A stretch of DNA of 64,000 nucleotides from Auanema rhodensis (Eukaryota > Animalia > Nematoda): NCBI GenBank assembly GCA_964057225.1, contig OZ059898.1:9796001-9860000 (forward strand), written 5' to 3'. The notes beneath the pieces are model-generated. The model saw only the letters and a list, made by a program, of their open reading frames with translations, searched no databases and was not told the origin of the DNA. Both the position numbers and the translations under genes were made by a program. This document shows positions 30,937-42,837 of this stretch, one piece after another. Position 1 is the stretch's first letter. Every line of letters begins with the position of its first letter.

Positions 30937-31335
30937 TGTAATATCCTTAAGTTGGATATTAATATTCCATGATTGACCCTTAGATTGATGTGTTGTAAAA
31001 GAAACAATAAGATTTGAGGAAGAGAGAAAGATTTATTATAAATAAAAAACATTTAAACAATAAACAAATAAAGATAAAGATAAGTCCGCCAACTGAAGAT
31101 TCAGTTGAATGGCAAGCTTATATAGCGAATGTTATCAGCATTTTCCACGAAAGGTTATAAGTTGTCAATGACAATTATAACTATCTCGGAAAATGCTGAA
31201 GCTGCAAAATATAACTGATAACATAATACACTAAGACAAGAAACTAGAATTATAAAATATAAAATACAAAACACAGAATAAAGAAATACATAAAAATTAT
31301 AGAAAGAATAAAGTACATAATTATAAAGTATAACA
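30937..31335 (-). repeat. Gypsy A 5' LTR
   Basis: Direct repeat of 21954-22352, adjacent to the PBS. Confidence 0.96.
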
Positions 31336-31779
31336 CATGTTCGCGAATTCTTGTCAAACGACGAACAAGTAATACAGAACCTTCCTGAAGAAGACAGATA
31401 TCCGAACATGACAACCAAAATACTTGGCATATCTTTTAATAAAGAACACGACTCCTTCATTATCCCAATAAAAATAACAACGACTCACACAAGTTACACC
31501 AAGAGAATTCTACTCAGTCAGCTACACTCAATATTTGATCCCATTGGATTAGCAGCACCATTACTGTTACCTCTCAAACTTATCTTGCGAGAAATCATAA
31601 ACACAAAATTATCATGGGACCAACCCATTGAATCAGATAATATCAAACAATGGGAACAACATATTAATCACATTAACAATCAGCAATTGACCATGAAAAG
31701 ATATTTTAAATTCTCTGTTGTTCATATTTCCAAACAAACGAGCAGATTAGTTCTCTGCTCAACGGTAAATCCCGCATAG
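31336..31779 (+). pseudogene. BEL unit 2 remainder of RT/RNase H after the Gypsy A insertion
   Basis: Continues ...HVREFLSNDEQ as in unit 1. Confidence 0.92.
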
Positions 31780-31841
31780 CACCCAAAAATAAGACCACAA
31801 TTCCTCGATTAGAATTATTAGCCATCCGCTTAGCAGTACGA

Positions 31842-34800
31842 ATGGCATTAGCTATTGTAACCATATGCCCGAAAGTGGCAAAAGTCAACATTGTAAGCGA
31901 TAGCAACATCGCGCTATCATGGATTATTTCTCTAAAATCCCTCCCACTGTTCATTAAAAATCAAACAAACATTATAAATAAACAGCTACACCAAATCAAA
32001 CAAGTATGTTGCAATGTAGAATTACATCATGTACAAACCTCGTACAATACTGCAGACATCGGATCCCGAGGTGCAGACATCGAGAAACTACAAGATTCCG
32101 ACTGGATAAAGGGTCCACATTGGTTAACTAAACTTTCCGCTCATAACCCTCTGACATCATTCGGCTCGCCTAAGAACTCTAACAGGAATAACGCAGAATC
32201 AGAATCGGAGCATCACAATGTGGTCCACATAATTATAGACAATCTTCCAACCAATGATATTTGGAACATTCGTGAAAACTATGATGATGTGATCAAAACA
32301 ATGACAACCGTAGGAAAATTATTCAAAAAATGGTTTCTTAAAGTCCATCCTAACAACGCCAACAAGTTGCAAAAAATAAAACATCTCACATCAACAGACA
32401 CGAATACTGTTGAAGACATCAACATAATTGAAAAAATTTTGAAGAGTAACAGCCAATCTAATATGAGCCTCGATGAGCTACAGCAAAGAAATATAAATTT
32501 AAAATTCTTCAAAGATACATGGGACATTTATCGCGTAAGAAGTCGTTTGCAAAATACTCTTCTTCCCGAAGAGACAAAAAACCCTATATTCCTTCTCAAA
32601 ACAAACCCCATAGTTAAAAAACTGATCAACAAAATACACAAAGATAATAATCATCAAGGCAAAAATTTCACGCTTATTCAACTCAGACAAAAGTTCTATA
32701 TACCAAAAATAACCGGAGTCATTAAGCAAACATTGAAAAACTGTGTGACATGTAAAAGATTTCAATCACATCCTTATGAATTACCAGATATGCCATCGCT
32801 ACCAAAAGACAGAGCAATTCTTACAAGAGCATTCTTTTCAACAGGGTGTGATCTTATGGGCCCCTTCACCCTTCGAAATGGGTCTAAAGTCCATATTTGT
32901 CTGTTTACATGCATGACAACTAGAGCGGTTCACTTAGAGGTAGTCACCAATCAATCCACAGTTGCCTTTATGAATGCATTTAATAGATTTATTTCACGCA
33001 GAGGTACTCCAGAAATTATGCGCAGTGACTGCGCAGGAAACTTTATTCTGAGCTCAAAAATATTAGAAACCCTTGAAAAAACCTCGGATTACAATGAAAG
33101 TAGCATACTAAACACATTAGCTCAAAGAAAAATTAAATGGATATACAACACTCCGCTATCTCCTTGGAAAGGAGGTTGTTGGGAACGCTTAGTAGGTGTC
33201 ACCAAATCATCCCTCAAAAAATGCTTCGTTCCTAGTCAAATGTCACTAGATGATTTACACACAGCTATTGTAAAAATAGAAGCCATAATTAATACACGCC
33301 CACTCACTCATCCACACCCAGATAATTTAGATGCCTTACCCATAAGACCAATTGATTTTTTAACATCAGCAATAAAGTTTTCATTACCAGAAAACAATGA
33401 TAACACTCATATATTCGATATTCACAGCGATATCCAAACGATTCAATCGACAGAACAAGCGCTAGAAGCTCTTCAGTTATCAGAAGACTCAGCGTCTAAA
33501 TTCTGGACACGTTTCCAGGAGGAGTATCTAACTAGTTTAAAAGACATTTTCAAACATAAAAACAAGAGAAAAAATCACACAAATCTCTTTCCTCACAAGG
33601 ATGAAATAGTAATAATACAAAACGACATGTCGCCACGAGGAACATGGAAACTAGGTCGCATTATTGAAACAATTACTAGTTCAGATGGCAACATACGTTC
33701 AGCAAAAGTTGCAACAAGCAACGGAAACATAATTACTCGATCCATCAATCAGCTCTATCCACTAGAGATAAGATGCAACACTAGCAACAACAAAATCATA
33801 GAAGACAACTCACACATAGTCCAAGAAAATAATAGCTCAACAGATAGAATAGCACATACTGATACCGTATTAGACAACATACACTCCGATCATCATATAG
33901 AACATACAGATGAAACAATACATGAGAACAATAACATAAATGATAGCAACCATAATTACGATATTGCATATGAATCAGACAACTCTCAACATGATAATAC
34001 ATACACTCCAGAAACAGAGAATAATGAGGATGCAACAAACGATCGACCTCAAAATAAAACAAAACTATCATCAGTGAAAACAGCAAAATATACAGAACAA
34101 GATGAGGTCACTGAGAAGGAAAATATAAAAGCCTTCCCACTAAAAATGTCCTATGCCACACACCAAAGAAAAAATAAAATAAACCCAAAAATAGCAGCTG
34201 ACATAATGAAAGCCCTTTCATTACCGATTATAATTACTTCGACATATGCCGAAGAAATCAATAGTTGCAAGGACTCTAACATGTTCACCACAAAACTTAT
34301 AGCGAATCCTCATTGCTCCCCAGAAATGGCAACATGGACAGTGCTAATAACCATTATGGCAGTTACCCTCATAGTCTCTTGTCTATGCCGCATGGGCTAC
34401 AGCCAATATAGATATAAGACATGGTCCAAAAACACTCAAACCATGCTCAACATCATGAAATTAAAACATAAAACAATCTCCGAACAAGAAGATCATGAAA
34501 CTGATCAAAAAATAACAGAAGACCACAATGATACGTTGCAATTAAAACAAACGAACACACAAGACGCTAATATTGTGGATCATGAAACCTTTCAAAAGCA
34601 TATTTACCCTATTTTAAACCATACGAGAAAGCCACCAAAATTCTCTCTCTTTACTAGAGGGTCGCAAACATCTTTACCATCGTTACTGGCAATCATCTTG
34701 GCTTTATGTATTGGAAGCTGCAGTTCATGTTCCGATGTTCATGTTCAACACTTCGTTAACATACGATGCGATGACAACTTAGCTTGTTATCACGAATACA

Positions 34801-36218
34801 GTCAAGATATCATATTTTCTCCCGGAACAAAACAATTATGCATTACCATAACGCATTCTAATCATGAAATTGGTCAATTTAAAATAACTAAACTATATAC
34901 TGAACATGTCTGCCAAAAGAATACTAGATACTTCACTAGACAGACAATCGTCAACATATTGAGCATATTACGATGCCGTCACCGGGGCTCGTGTGACGGA
35001 ACATGTGAAACTAACTCGCTCCATAATAAAATCGAGGAACTACAACCATATACGTTCCCTTCACAATCAGGTTGCTTCACATCGTCAGCGAGATTTTACA
35101 CATGTCCTATGATTTGGACAGATCCTTGTCTTTTCTACAAAATAGAGCATATACCCGTCACTGAGGAAGTATACGAAGTCTATACTTGTGATAGTTGGTC
35201 CACCCAAACCGTATTTAATATAGAAACAACATTACTCCAGCAAAAAAATAATTACAATATCACTCTACAACCTTACACGAAAAATCGTGAACAACTTTTC
35301 AATATAACAACGTTATCACAATCACAACCTCCTCCAGAAATGTACACAAAATTATTTTTTTCCTCCAAAGAAAACACGTACATTACGGATATACACACAA
35401 AGGGAATAATTCAATGTGCAACAGAGGAAGCCGCATTAAAACATTTTAATAACTGTACAGTATCCTCATTCTGCCCTTGCACATTCAATAGATTTGATGA
35501 AATAAAATGTAGGTGTGATACCCCTACTTTTGAAAAAATGTCCAATACATCAGACATAAAATCTCCTAACCAAAACTTTAAAACTAAAGATAACACGTTA
35601 TCATTCTCTACGAATTTAGACGAAAATTTAGTTACGGTCGATTCATCCCTATTCTTAAACTCAGTGATTTTCTCCAACAATTTGCCTTGCGCACCTGCCC
35701 TGACAAAACTATCAGGTTGCTACTCCTGCGGGCAGGGTGCATTCGCAGAATTCCAATGCCTTACGGCAGAAGAAACATGGATTTCTATCGAATGTCAAAA
35801 AGAAGTATTCATGATAAAATGCTCTCCAAAAGTAGCAATCACAAAAGTAACAATGAAAAGAGAAAATTCTCAGATTGATGAATTATGCTATACCACATGC
35901 GACAATAAAAAAATTAAGATCATTATTAAAGGAATATTACATCACATAGCAAGCATAGATGAAATAAACGAAAGTGACTCAAGTAAGGGTACAGAATCCA
36001 AATCCATTGACTTCGCTCCAATCTTCAAGTTAATTTTATCAAAGTTGGGAATCATATTGATAGGCGTTGCAATAACCGCCACCATAGGATATGTGGCATG
36101 TACACCCATCATGTACTGTGTAGTTTTGAATACAGTCTTAACCACACAATGGATAGCTACCAGGATATTCACACTGTGGATAAAATCAAAAGCCTTATTT
36201 CGGGATCAAAGATTTTAA
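31842..36218 (+). CDS. BEL unit 2 RNase H C-part, integrase and Gc-like envelope
   Basis: Translation matches 13099-17475. Confidence 0.92.
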   Translation: MALAIVTICPKVAKVNIVSDSNIALSWIISLKSLPLFIKNQTNIINKQLHQIKQVCCNVELHHVQTSYNTADIGSRGADIEKLQDSDWIKGPHWLTKLSAHNPLTSFGSPKNSNRNNAESESEHHNVVHIIIDNLPTNDIWNIRENYDDVIKTMTTVGKLFKKWFLKVHPNNANKLQKIKHLTSTDTNTVEDINIIEKILKSNSQSNMSLDELQQRNINLKFFKDTWDIYRVRSRLQNTLLPEETKNPIFLLKTNPIVKKLINKIHKDNNHQGKNFTLIQLRQKFYIPKITGVIKQTLKNCVTCKRFQSHPYELPDMPSLPKDRAILTRAFFSTGCDLMGPFTLRNGSKVHICLFTCMTTRAVHLEVVTNQSTVAFMNAFNRFISRRGTPEIMRSDCAGNFILSSKILETLEKTSDYNESSILNTLAQRKIKWIYNTPLSPWKGGCWERLVGVTKSSLKKCFVPSQMSLDDLHTAIVKIEAIINTRPLTHPHPDNLDALPIRPIDFLTSAIKFSLPENNDNTHIFDIHSDIQTIQSTEQALEALQLSEDSASKFWTRFQEEYLTSLKDIFKHKNKRKNHTNLFPHKDEIVIIQNDMSPRGTWKLGRIIETITSSDGNIRSAKVATSNGNIITRSINQLYPLEIRCNTSNNKIIEDNSHIVQENNSSTDRIAHTDTVLDNIHSDHHIEHTDETIHENNNINDSNHNYDIAYESDNSQHDNTYTPETENNEDATNDRPQNKTKLSSVKTAKYTEQDEVTEKENIKAFPLKMSYATHQRKNKINPKIAADIMKALSLPIIITSTYAEEINSCKDSNMFTTKLIANPHCSPEMATWTVLITIMAVTLIVSCLCRMGYSQYRYKTWSKNTQTMLNIMKLKHKTISEQEDHETDQKITEDHNDTLQLKQTNTQDANIVDHETFQKHIYPILNHTRKPPKFSLFTRGSQTSLPSLLAIILALCIGSCSSCSDVHVQHFVNIRCDDNLACYHEYSQDIIFSPGTKQLCITITHSNHEIGQFKITKLYTEHVCQKNTRYFTRQTIVNILSILRCRHRGSCDGTCETNSLHNKIEELQPYTFPSQSGCFTSSARFYTCPMIWTDPCLFYKIEHIPVTEEVYEVYTCDSWSTQTVFNIETTLLQQKNNYNITLQPYTKNREQLFNITTLSQSQPPPEMYTKLFFSSKENTYITDIHTKGIIQCATEEAALKHFNNCTVSSFCPCTFNRFDEIKCRCDTPTFEKMSNTSDIKSPNQNFKTKDNTLSFSTNLDENLVTVDSSLFLNSVIFSNNLPCAPALTKLSGCYSCGQGAFAEFQCLTAEETWISIECQKEVFMIKCSPKVAITKVTMKRENSQIDELCYTTCDNKKIKIIIKGILHHIASIDEINESDSSKGTESKSIDFAPIFKLILSKLGIILIGVAITATIGYVACTPIMYCVVLNTVLTTQWIATRIFTLWIKSKALFRDQRF

Positions 36219-36514
36219 AAGCATAAGAGAAGAATTTCTTGTGGAGATTAAATTTAAAATTAAAAATTGAAATAATAATGAAACAAAAGAAAAAGAAAGC
36301 ATTATGTACGAATATAACCATTGTAATAAAACAATATCATTGTTTTTCTTTCTTTTCAATTTATGGTAGTATCAAGTTTCTTTTATCCAACTCAGTTACA
36401 TAACACATAACCTTTTGTACAGGCTCTAAAATTTATTGTATCTGTAACAAGATAACCTAAACACACCATTGTACAATAAACTAATAGATGTTAATCAGCG
36501 TTTAAAGTCCAGAT

Positions 36515-37027
36515 GTGAACATGTATATAAGGATGCAGCTCATGTTTCTCCTATATTCCATGAAAATGGAAGATATTGTCTCGAATATAATTGAGAATGC
36601 TTCCTTTGAGGAAGAGCTCAAAAAATATTCCCATCTACCTAACACTGCTGCCAATCTGAGGCAACTAATTGTGCTTGAAAAGAGGCTCTACGAGCACCTA
36701 GCTAGCGCGGTGAACCATCTATCCGAACGACTGGACAATATTCAACATTCGTTAAATCTGAAACTAGACAATTTGACCATTCAGACTGCTCCTAAAGCTT
36801 CATGTGTATTCTGCAATAAACCGACAGCTGATGGGCACCGTACTGCGGCCTGTCCGATTTATCCTTCCTCACCGGAACGCACTCTCCGTCTTCATGAACT
36901 GGGGTTATGCATCAGATGTTTGAATCAAAAACATCCAGCGATTTGCGAGGTATCCTGCTATAGATGTAAGGCGGATACGCATCATGGAGTGGTTTGTGGT
37001 GATATAAAACGTAAAAGACCTTTGTAG
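36515..37027 (+). CDS. BEL 3' accessory zinc-knuckle ORF (unit 2)
   Basis: Same 170-aa translation as the other two copies. Confidence 0.8.
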   Translation: MNMYIRMQLMFLLYSMKMEDIVSNIIENASFEEELKKYSHLPNTAANLRQLIVLEKRLYEHLASAVNHLSERLDNIQHSLNLKLDNLTIQTAPKASCVFCNKPTADGHRTAACPIYPSSPERTLRLHELGLCIRCLNQKHPAICEVSCYRCKADTHHGVVCGDIKRKRPL

Positions 37028-37057
37028 GCCTTCTTCTCATTCCCGCATTGCCGGGAG

Positions 37058-37408
37058 TGTCGCGATAAGCGAGTGAGTTTGTATAAATTTTATCTTCAAC
37101 AATTGTTTTATTTGTCTCTCCTGTTTTCTCCCTCTCTCTCTCTCTCTCTCTCTCCCCTTTCTTCTTTCTTGTAACTTCCTAAGTAATTTTTATCCATACC
37201 ACATGTTGTGTTATACATGTGGCATGACTAACTCTTTGTTTCAGGCTGACGACCGCCCACGAGAAGAGATCAGTCTTACATTTTCAACGTTCGCAGTCAG
37301 TGATTTTATTCCGTGCTTGTCTTGTTAATTCATCAATAAACCCTTTTCTACATATTCGCTTTGTGTTTTACTTCCAACCATACTATACACTTGTGGTATA
37401 TCGCTACA
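37058..37408 (+). repeat. BEL LTR (351 bp), shared between units 2 and 3
   Basis: TGTCGCGATA...TATCGCTACA; PBS at 37412-37423. Confidence 0.96.
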
Positions 37409-37696
37409 AATTGGTGCATCGGCTAGTTTAGATCTTAGCCGCTTTAAGTCCCGCGTGGCAGGTGAGATACAAGTCGAACCAAGCGTGTTTGTGCAAAAAA
37501 CATACTTAATAAAAATCGTGGCGATCATAAGTCCACGTCAAGTCACACCAAACAGACTTGAACAATAAGCAAACTCTGAAATTAGAAACAGAGGTTTCAA
37601 TTTCCTTACGTTCACATATACTGTGATCACCAAACAAACAAAGAAAAAAGAAAACAAAAAAGGAATATAAGCATTATTCCTACATCTACAACAAAA

Positions 37697-40600
37697 ATGT
37701 CACTCCTTTTTGTCAATCATATCAAACAATCTAACCAGTTTCTTGGAGAACTGCTTACACGATACGAGATGGAAGTGAAGGACCTTCCTGGTATTCTGGT
37801 AGATTGCGACTTTCACACTGAGGAAGAAGAGGAAACCCTCTCTTGCCTTATCATTCGCTGGACAAAAGTCCAACACCAATTCAAAGAATCGTTGAAAAAT
37901 CATCAAGATAACGAGAAAAAATTCCAAAAATTTTACGAAGCATCAGACAAAACGCTTCGTAAAGCATTAGACGAACAGTACATCGCCTTCACATCCGATG
38001 AAGACTTTGAACCCAACATTAAAAAGGTTCAAAACGCCATTATTGAGCTTGACGAACACATCATGAAAGCCGAACGCATACTTAGAAAGCTGAGAAAAAC
38101 GCTTCATAAGAATGAATCTGAGCACAACAGCAATTGCTCAACAGAAAACAATGAAACAGAAAACAAATCGAATGATCAATTTCTGGAAATTATCAAGTCA
38201 TTCCTACACATCCAACAAACTAGCATCCAAAAACCAGCGATGTCGCTACCTACATTTGATGGCAAACCAGAGAACTTCAAATCATTCTGGGGCCGTTTTG
38301 ATAGACTTGTTCATGATAATGAACAGTTTACAACCTTAGAAAAGGTAAACCTACTCTGTGAAAGCCTCAAAGGCGATTCACAAATAGCAATCAGAGGAAT
38401 AGAACCCTCTGCTCAAAATTATGAGCTCATGCGTGAAGCATTAGTTTCTGAATTTGGAGACTATTCGTCGGATATCAACTCTCTTTTAACACAACTACGT
38501 AATTTGAGATTTGCAAGCAATAATGCAAAATCATGTAAAGAAACATTTGGGGAAACCAAGGCACTTATCAGGCAAATTGAAGCAGCCGGAGCTACAGTAT
38601 CCCGCGAAATGTGTACCGCGATGATTCTCAACAAATTCCCATACCACATCGTGGAAGACATTCTAATTTATCCAAACAACTACCATTCCACTAAAGAAAT
38701 GCTGACAGCTGTAGACCACAAAATCTATTCCTTTTTTCTAAAAGAACAAACAAGAAATAGTCATGAACAAAAGTTTCGAAATCCCAAAGAGAATGTCACA
38801 TCTGTAGCACATAAAGAAAACTCCGTAGAACAACGGAAAACCCAAACTTGGCCATGTGTTTTCTGCGACTCATCCGAACATCGCTTTTATCATTGCACCA
38901 CATTTGAAACACCAGAGAAAAGAAGACACCGCATCCGCGGAAAGGCCATCTGTTGGATTTGTTTTTCCGAGAAACACAAAAGTTCCGAATGCAGAAAACA
39001 AAAATGTCGAAATTGCCAAGGAGACCATAATTCCTCCTTGTGCTCACAAGGAAGAAAAAACGTGCAAAATATCCAAAAAGATAAAGAAACTCCCACAATT
39101 AAAAAAGATCAGGCTTTACTGATCACCACAGAAGAATTATTGAATGAAAAAACAACAGAATATAAACAAGAATCTGACACTAATAATCGAATCCCTACTG
39201 AGGCACTTAATGCACCAGTATCGCTTAATCACATTGCCGACACACATAATATTGAAGAAAGTCAAGTAATATTACGAACAGCAATGGCGAACATATACAA
39301 CCACAATAGTAAAAAATATGAGCAAGTACGCATGCTCATAGATGAAGGATCCATGAGATCTTTTATATCCAAGGACTTATCCACTAAGTTAGGATTGCCC
39401 ATCCTTGGTTCTCAAAAGAAAACCTTTTACGGTATCGGAGCATTGTCCGAAACGCACGAAGTTCAGGACGTAAAGGTAATTATTGGAACCTCAAGTGGAT
39501 CCCTTATCGTAACAAAACTATTCACCAAACCCATGTTAACCACACCCATACGTTGTCCAAAACTATCTAAAGAAGACTTGAAATTTATAAAGACAAGAAA
39601 AATAAAATTAGCCAATCCACAAACAAACGGAGAATCATTTACTCCGGATATACTGATAGGTATGGATAGATACAAACTGTTCATGCATTTAAACGAAGAA
39701 ACCGAACTCCCCTCACGTATGAGATTGAAAAATTTGGTATTCGGCCACATGATACATGGAGAAGCTCCTCTTCCCGATGATAATACACAACAAGAAGTAA
39801 TATTATGCTCTACAGTAGAAGAAATAACAAAAGAAACCTCTCATAAAGAACTCCTCACTAATCTGTTTGAACTGGATTCTATCGGCATCAATACAGAAAA
39901 TGCCAACGCAGACCGCACTATTGATTACTATGAAGAATACTCAAAAGATATAAAAATTGAGAACAACCGCATTATTGCACCGTTCCCGTTAAAAAATAAC
40001 TTCAAAAATCTTAAAAACAACAAAATGCCCGCGTACCATAGATTCGTATCCCTATGGCGAAAGTTACTGCACAATCCAGAAATGCTCTCACACTATACTA
40101 CAACCATTGAAAGTTACCTCAAAGATAACATTGTCGAACAAATTCCCAACAATCACCAGGAGCCTTTAGAGTTTTATATGCCCCACCATGGGGTTTGGAA
40201 GCCCAGCAAGGCTAACCCTCTCAGAATCGTTTTTGACGCCTCCGCTAAACAGAAAGACAGCCCATCGTTGAATGAGATAATACACACAGGACGATCATTT
40301 ATCACATATATACACGACATCATGATCTCCTGCAGAACAAGACCAATATTAATAACATGCGATATCAAAGCCGCATTTTTACAAATACAACTGACAGAGA
40401 ATCACAAAAATCTATGCAAATTCTTTTGGATAAAAAACAAAGAATACCCAATATCTCACAATAATATCATAACCCTTCGATTCAACAGATTACCGTTCGG
40501 TATCACTGCATCCCCCAGCGTATTGAACATGGGCATAAAATGGTTCTTAGAATCAAAAGTAGACAACCCATTAGCTATGGAAATACTGAACAACTTATAC

Positions 40601-41110
40601 GTTGACAATATCATTCTTACAGCAAATACAACAGCAGAAGCTATAAAGAAATGTAAAGAAACCCAAAAACTATTTACAGAAATAAACATGCATGTTCGCG
40701 AATTCTTGTCAAACGACGAACAAGTAATACAGAACCTTCCTGAAGAAGACAGATATCCGAACATGACAACCAAAATACTTGGCATATCTTTTAATAAAGA
40801 ACACGACTCCTTCATTATCCCAATAAAAATAACAACGACTCACACAAGTTACACCAAGAGAATTCTACTCAGTCAGCTACACTCAATATTTGATCCCATT
40901 GGATTAGCAGCACCATTACTGTTACCTCTCAAACTTATCTTGCGAGAAATCATAAACACAAAATTATCATGGGACCAACCCATTGAATCAGATAATATCA
41001 AACAATGGGAACAACATATTAATCACATTAACAATCAGCAATTGACCATGAAAAGATATTTTAAATTCTCTGTTGTTCATATTTCCAAACAAACAGCCAA
41101 TCTAATATGA
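37697..41110 (+). CDS. BEL unit 3 Gag-PR-RT, with an additional 711-bp deletion at 41094/41095
   Basis: Matches unit 2 variants; the junction joins unit-1 coordinates 12996 and 13708 over an AAC microhomology. Confidence 0.9.
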   Translation: MSLLFVNHIKQSNQFLGELLTRYEMEVKDLPGILVDCDFHTEEEEETLSCLIIRWTKVQHQFKESLKNHQDNEKKFQKFYEASDKTLRKALDEQYIAFTSDEDFEPNIKKVQNAIIELDEHIMKAERILRKLRKTLHKNESEHNSNCSTENNETENKSNDQFLEIIKSFLHIQQTSIQKPAMSLPTFDGKPENFKSFWGRFDRLVHDNEQFTTLEKVNLLCESLKGDSQIAIRGIEPSAQNYELMREALVSEFGDYSSDINSLLTQLRNLRFASNNAKSCKETFGETKALIRQIEAAGATVSREMCTAMILNKFPYHIVEDILIYPNNYHSTKEMLTAVDHKIYSFFLKEQTRNSHEQKFRNPKENVTSVAHKENSVEQRKTQTWPCVFCDSSEHRFYHCTTFETPEKRRHRIRGKAICWICFSEKHKSSECRKQKCRNCQGDHNSSLCSQGRKNVQNIQKDKETPTIKKDQALLITTEELLNEKTTEYKQESDTNNRIPTEALNAPVSLNHIADTHNIEESQVILRTAMANIYNHNSKKYEQVRMLIDEGSMRSFISKDLSTKLGLPILGSQKKTFYGIGALSETHEVQDVKVIIGTSSGSLIVTKLFTKPMLTTPIRCPKLSKEDLKFIKTRKIKLANPQTNGESFTPDILIGMDRYKLFMHLNEETELPSRMRLKNLVFGHMIHGEAPLPDDNTQQEVILCSTVEEITKETSHKELLTNLFELDSIGINTENANADRTIDYYEEYSKDIKIENNRIIAPFPLKNNFKNLKNNKMPAYHRFVSLWRKLLHNPEMLSHYTTTIESYLKDNIVEQIPNNHQEPLEFYMPHHGVWKPSKANPLRIVFDASAKQKDSPSLNEIIHTGRSFITYIHDIMISCRTRPILITCDIKAAFLQIQLTENHKNLCKFFWIKNKEYPISHNNIITLRFNRLPFGITASPSVLNMGIKWFLESKVDNPLAMEILNNLYVDNIILTANTTAEAIKKCKETQKLFTEINMHVREFLSNDEQVIQNLPEEDRYPNMTTKILGISFNKEHDSFIIPIKITTTHTSYTKRILLSQLHSIFDPIGLAAPLLLPLKLILREIINTKLSWDQPIESDNIKQWEQHINHINNQQLTMKRYFKFSVVHISKQTANLI

Positions 41111-41786
41111 GCCTCGATGAGCTACAGCAAAGAAATATAAATTTAAAATTCTTCAAAGATACATGGGACATTTATCGCGTAAGAAGTCGTTTGCAAAATA
41201 CTCTTCTTCCCGAAGAGACAAAAAACCCTATATTCCTTCTCAAAACAAACCCCATAGTTAAAAAACTGATCAACAAAATACACAAAGATAATAATCATCA
41301 AGGCAAAAATTTCACGCTTATTCAACTCAGACAAAAGTTCTATATACCAAAAATAACCGGAGTCATTAAGCAAACATTGAAAAACTGTGTGACATGTAAA
41401 AGATTTCAATCACATCCTTATGAATTACCAGATATGCCATCGCTACCAAAAGACAGAGCAATTCTTACAAGAGCATTCTTTTCAACAGGGTGTGATCTTA
41501 TGGGCCCCTTCACCCTTCGAAATGGGTCTAAAGTCCATATTTGTCTGTTTACATGCATGACAACTAGAGCGGTTCACTTAGAGGTAGTCACCAATCAATC
41601 CACAGTTGCCTTTATGAATGCATTTAATAGATTTATTTCACGCAGAGGTACTCCAGAAATTATGCGCAGTGACTGCGCAGGAAACTTTATTCTGAGCTCA
41701 AAAATATTAGAAACCCTTGAAAAAACCTCGGATTACAATGAAAGTAGCATACTAAACACATTAGCTCAAAGAAAAATTAAATGGAT
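41107..41786 (+). pseudogene. BEL unit 3 integrase N-terminal part, interrupted by Gypsy element B
   Basis: HHCC and the first two catalytic Asp; breaks at ...KIKWI and resumes at 53435. Confidence 0.92.
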
Positions 41787-42144
41787 CGTTCCGTTATGCT
41801 CCCGCGTCGATCTTACAGACCAATGGAGTCTACAAGATGAGCGTGGTAGTATTCCAGATGTAGCGGTTAAACATGGAGCATAAGGATAAACATAAGACTC
41901 GAGAAAGATTGGTTTATTATATCTACGTGATTACAATAAGATACATATAACTAAGTAAAGGTTAAACTAATAGAGAACAGAGAGAGAACGACCAACCATC
42001 CATGATCGTCCCTGAGGCAAAGCTGAAGTGTTGTAATATGGAAAAGGGCGGGTCGTCTTCTCTCAGTCTCGCATTCTCTGACTCTAACCCGCCTGCTACA
42101 GCTTCGTCATATGAATGTAATGCATTGATCATCCGAATGGAACG
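41787..42144 (-). repeat. Gypsy B 3' LTR
   Basis: Direct repeat of 53077-53434; minus-strand PPT at 42145-42154. Confidence 0.96.
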
Positions 42145-42837
42145 TGCCCTTTTTCGAGTTTATGTCGCGTCCTCGCGACAATCAAAAGTTTTGACTTGAT
42201 TAACTGTAGCAGAAGGGTTAATGTGTGTATTAAAGTACATGTTACAATACAATATTTTACGTAAAATTCTTATAATATGAACATAATACAATATAAAACA
42301 TCAGTATCTGAAAAGAATTAAAAAAAATTTTTTTTAACCAAATTATGAAAGTTTTAACCCTCTTTAACGAATACTAGACTATGTTTTATTGGCGAACGTG
42401 CTTATAAAATAATAAAAAAAAAGTTTTTAAGCATAACGCTCCAACAAGTGTAGATAAAAAGTTAACTATTTTTTTGCTAGAGCTCGGTTGTTTGTTTCAA
42501 TTTGTGTGAGTTTAGAAAAAAAAGAAAAGTTTTGCGTAATACCAAATAACTTCCAAATTGAGTCATTGATTACTCAAGTGAAGACTGTTGCTCAGATATT
42601 GTTGCAAACTATGTCTTTCATTTTTCATCTCATCTAGTATGGGGAAGTTAGTTGAAATTAGGAAGGTTCGAACTATATGATAAAGAATTATCTTCTCACA
42701 TTTCCCGTGTTCATTATGCTCTAGTTTACTTTTTGACTTAAGAGTGACTTGTTTTAGAGGACTCGTTACAAAATTTGTGTTCTAGTATTACTTTAAAGAA
42801 AGTTATTACAAAACAATTTACAATAAAATCTCATGAG

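Larger units (their letters stand above)
21954..31335 (-). mobile_element. Ty3/Gypsy (Metaviridae) element A, full length, 399-bp LTRs, 4-bp TSD CATG
   Basis: LTRs 21954-22352 and 30937-31335 (TG...CA, one substitution seen). CATG at 21950-21953 and 31336-31339; the BEL sequence is continuous across the removed element. Confidence 0.97.

Noticed and set aside
41085-41110. The 711-bp deletion in unit 3 as a spliced-out intron
   Set aside because: The removed segment does not begin with GT; the junction has AAC microhomology instead.
42002-42199. Small ORFs within or spanning LTRs (42002, 53292, 60389, 9227, 18330)
   Set aside because: Short, mostly antisense or crossing junctions, and not conserved between the B and C LTRs.
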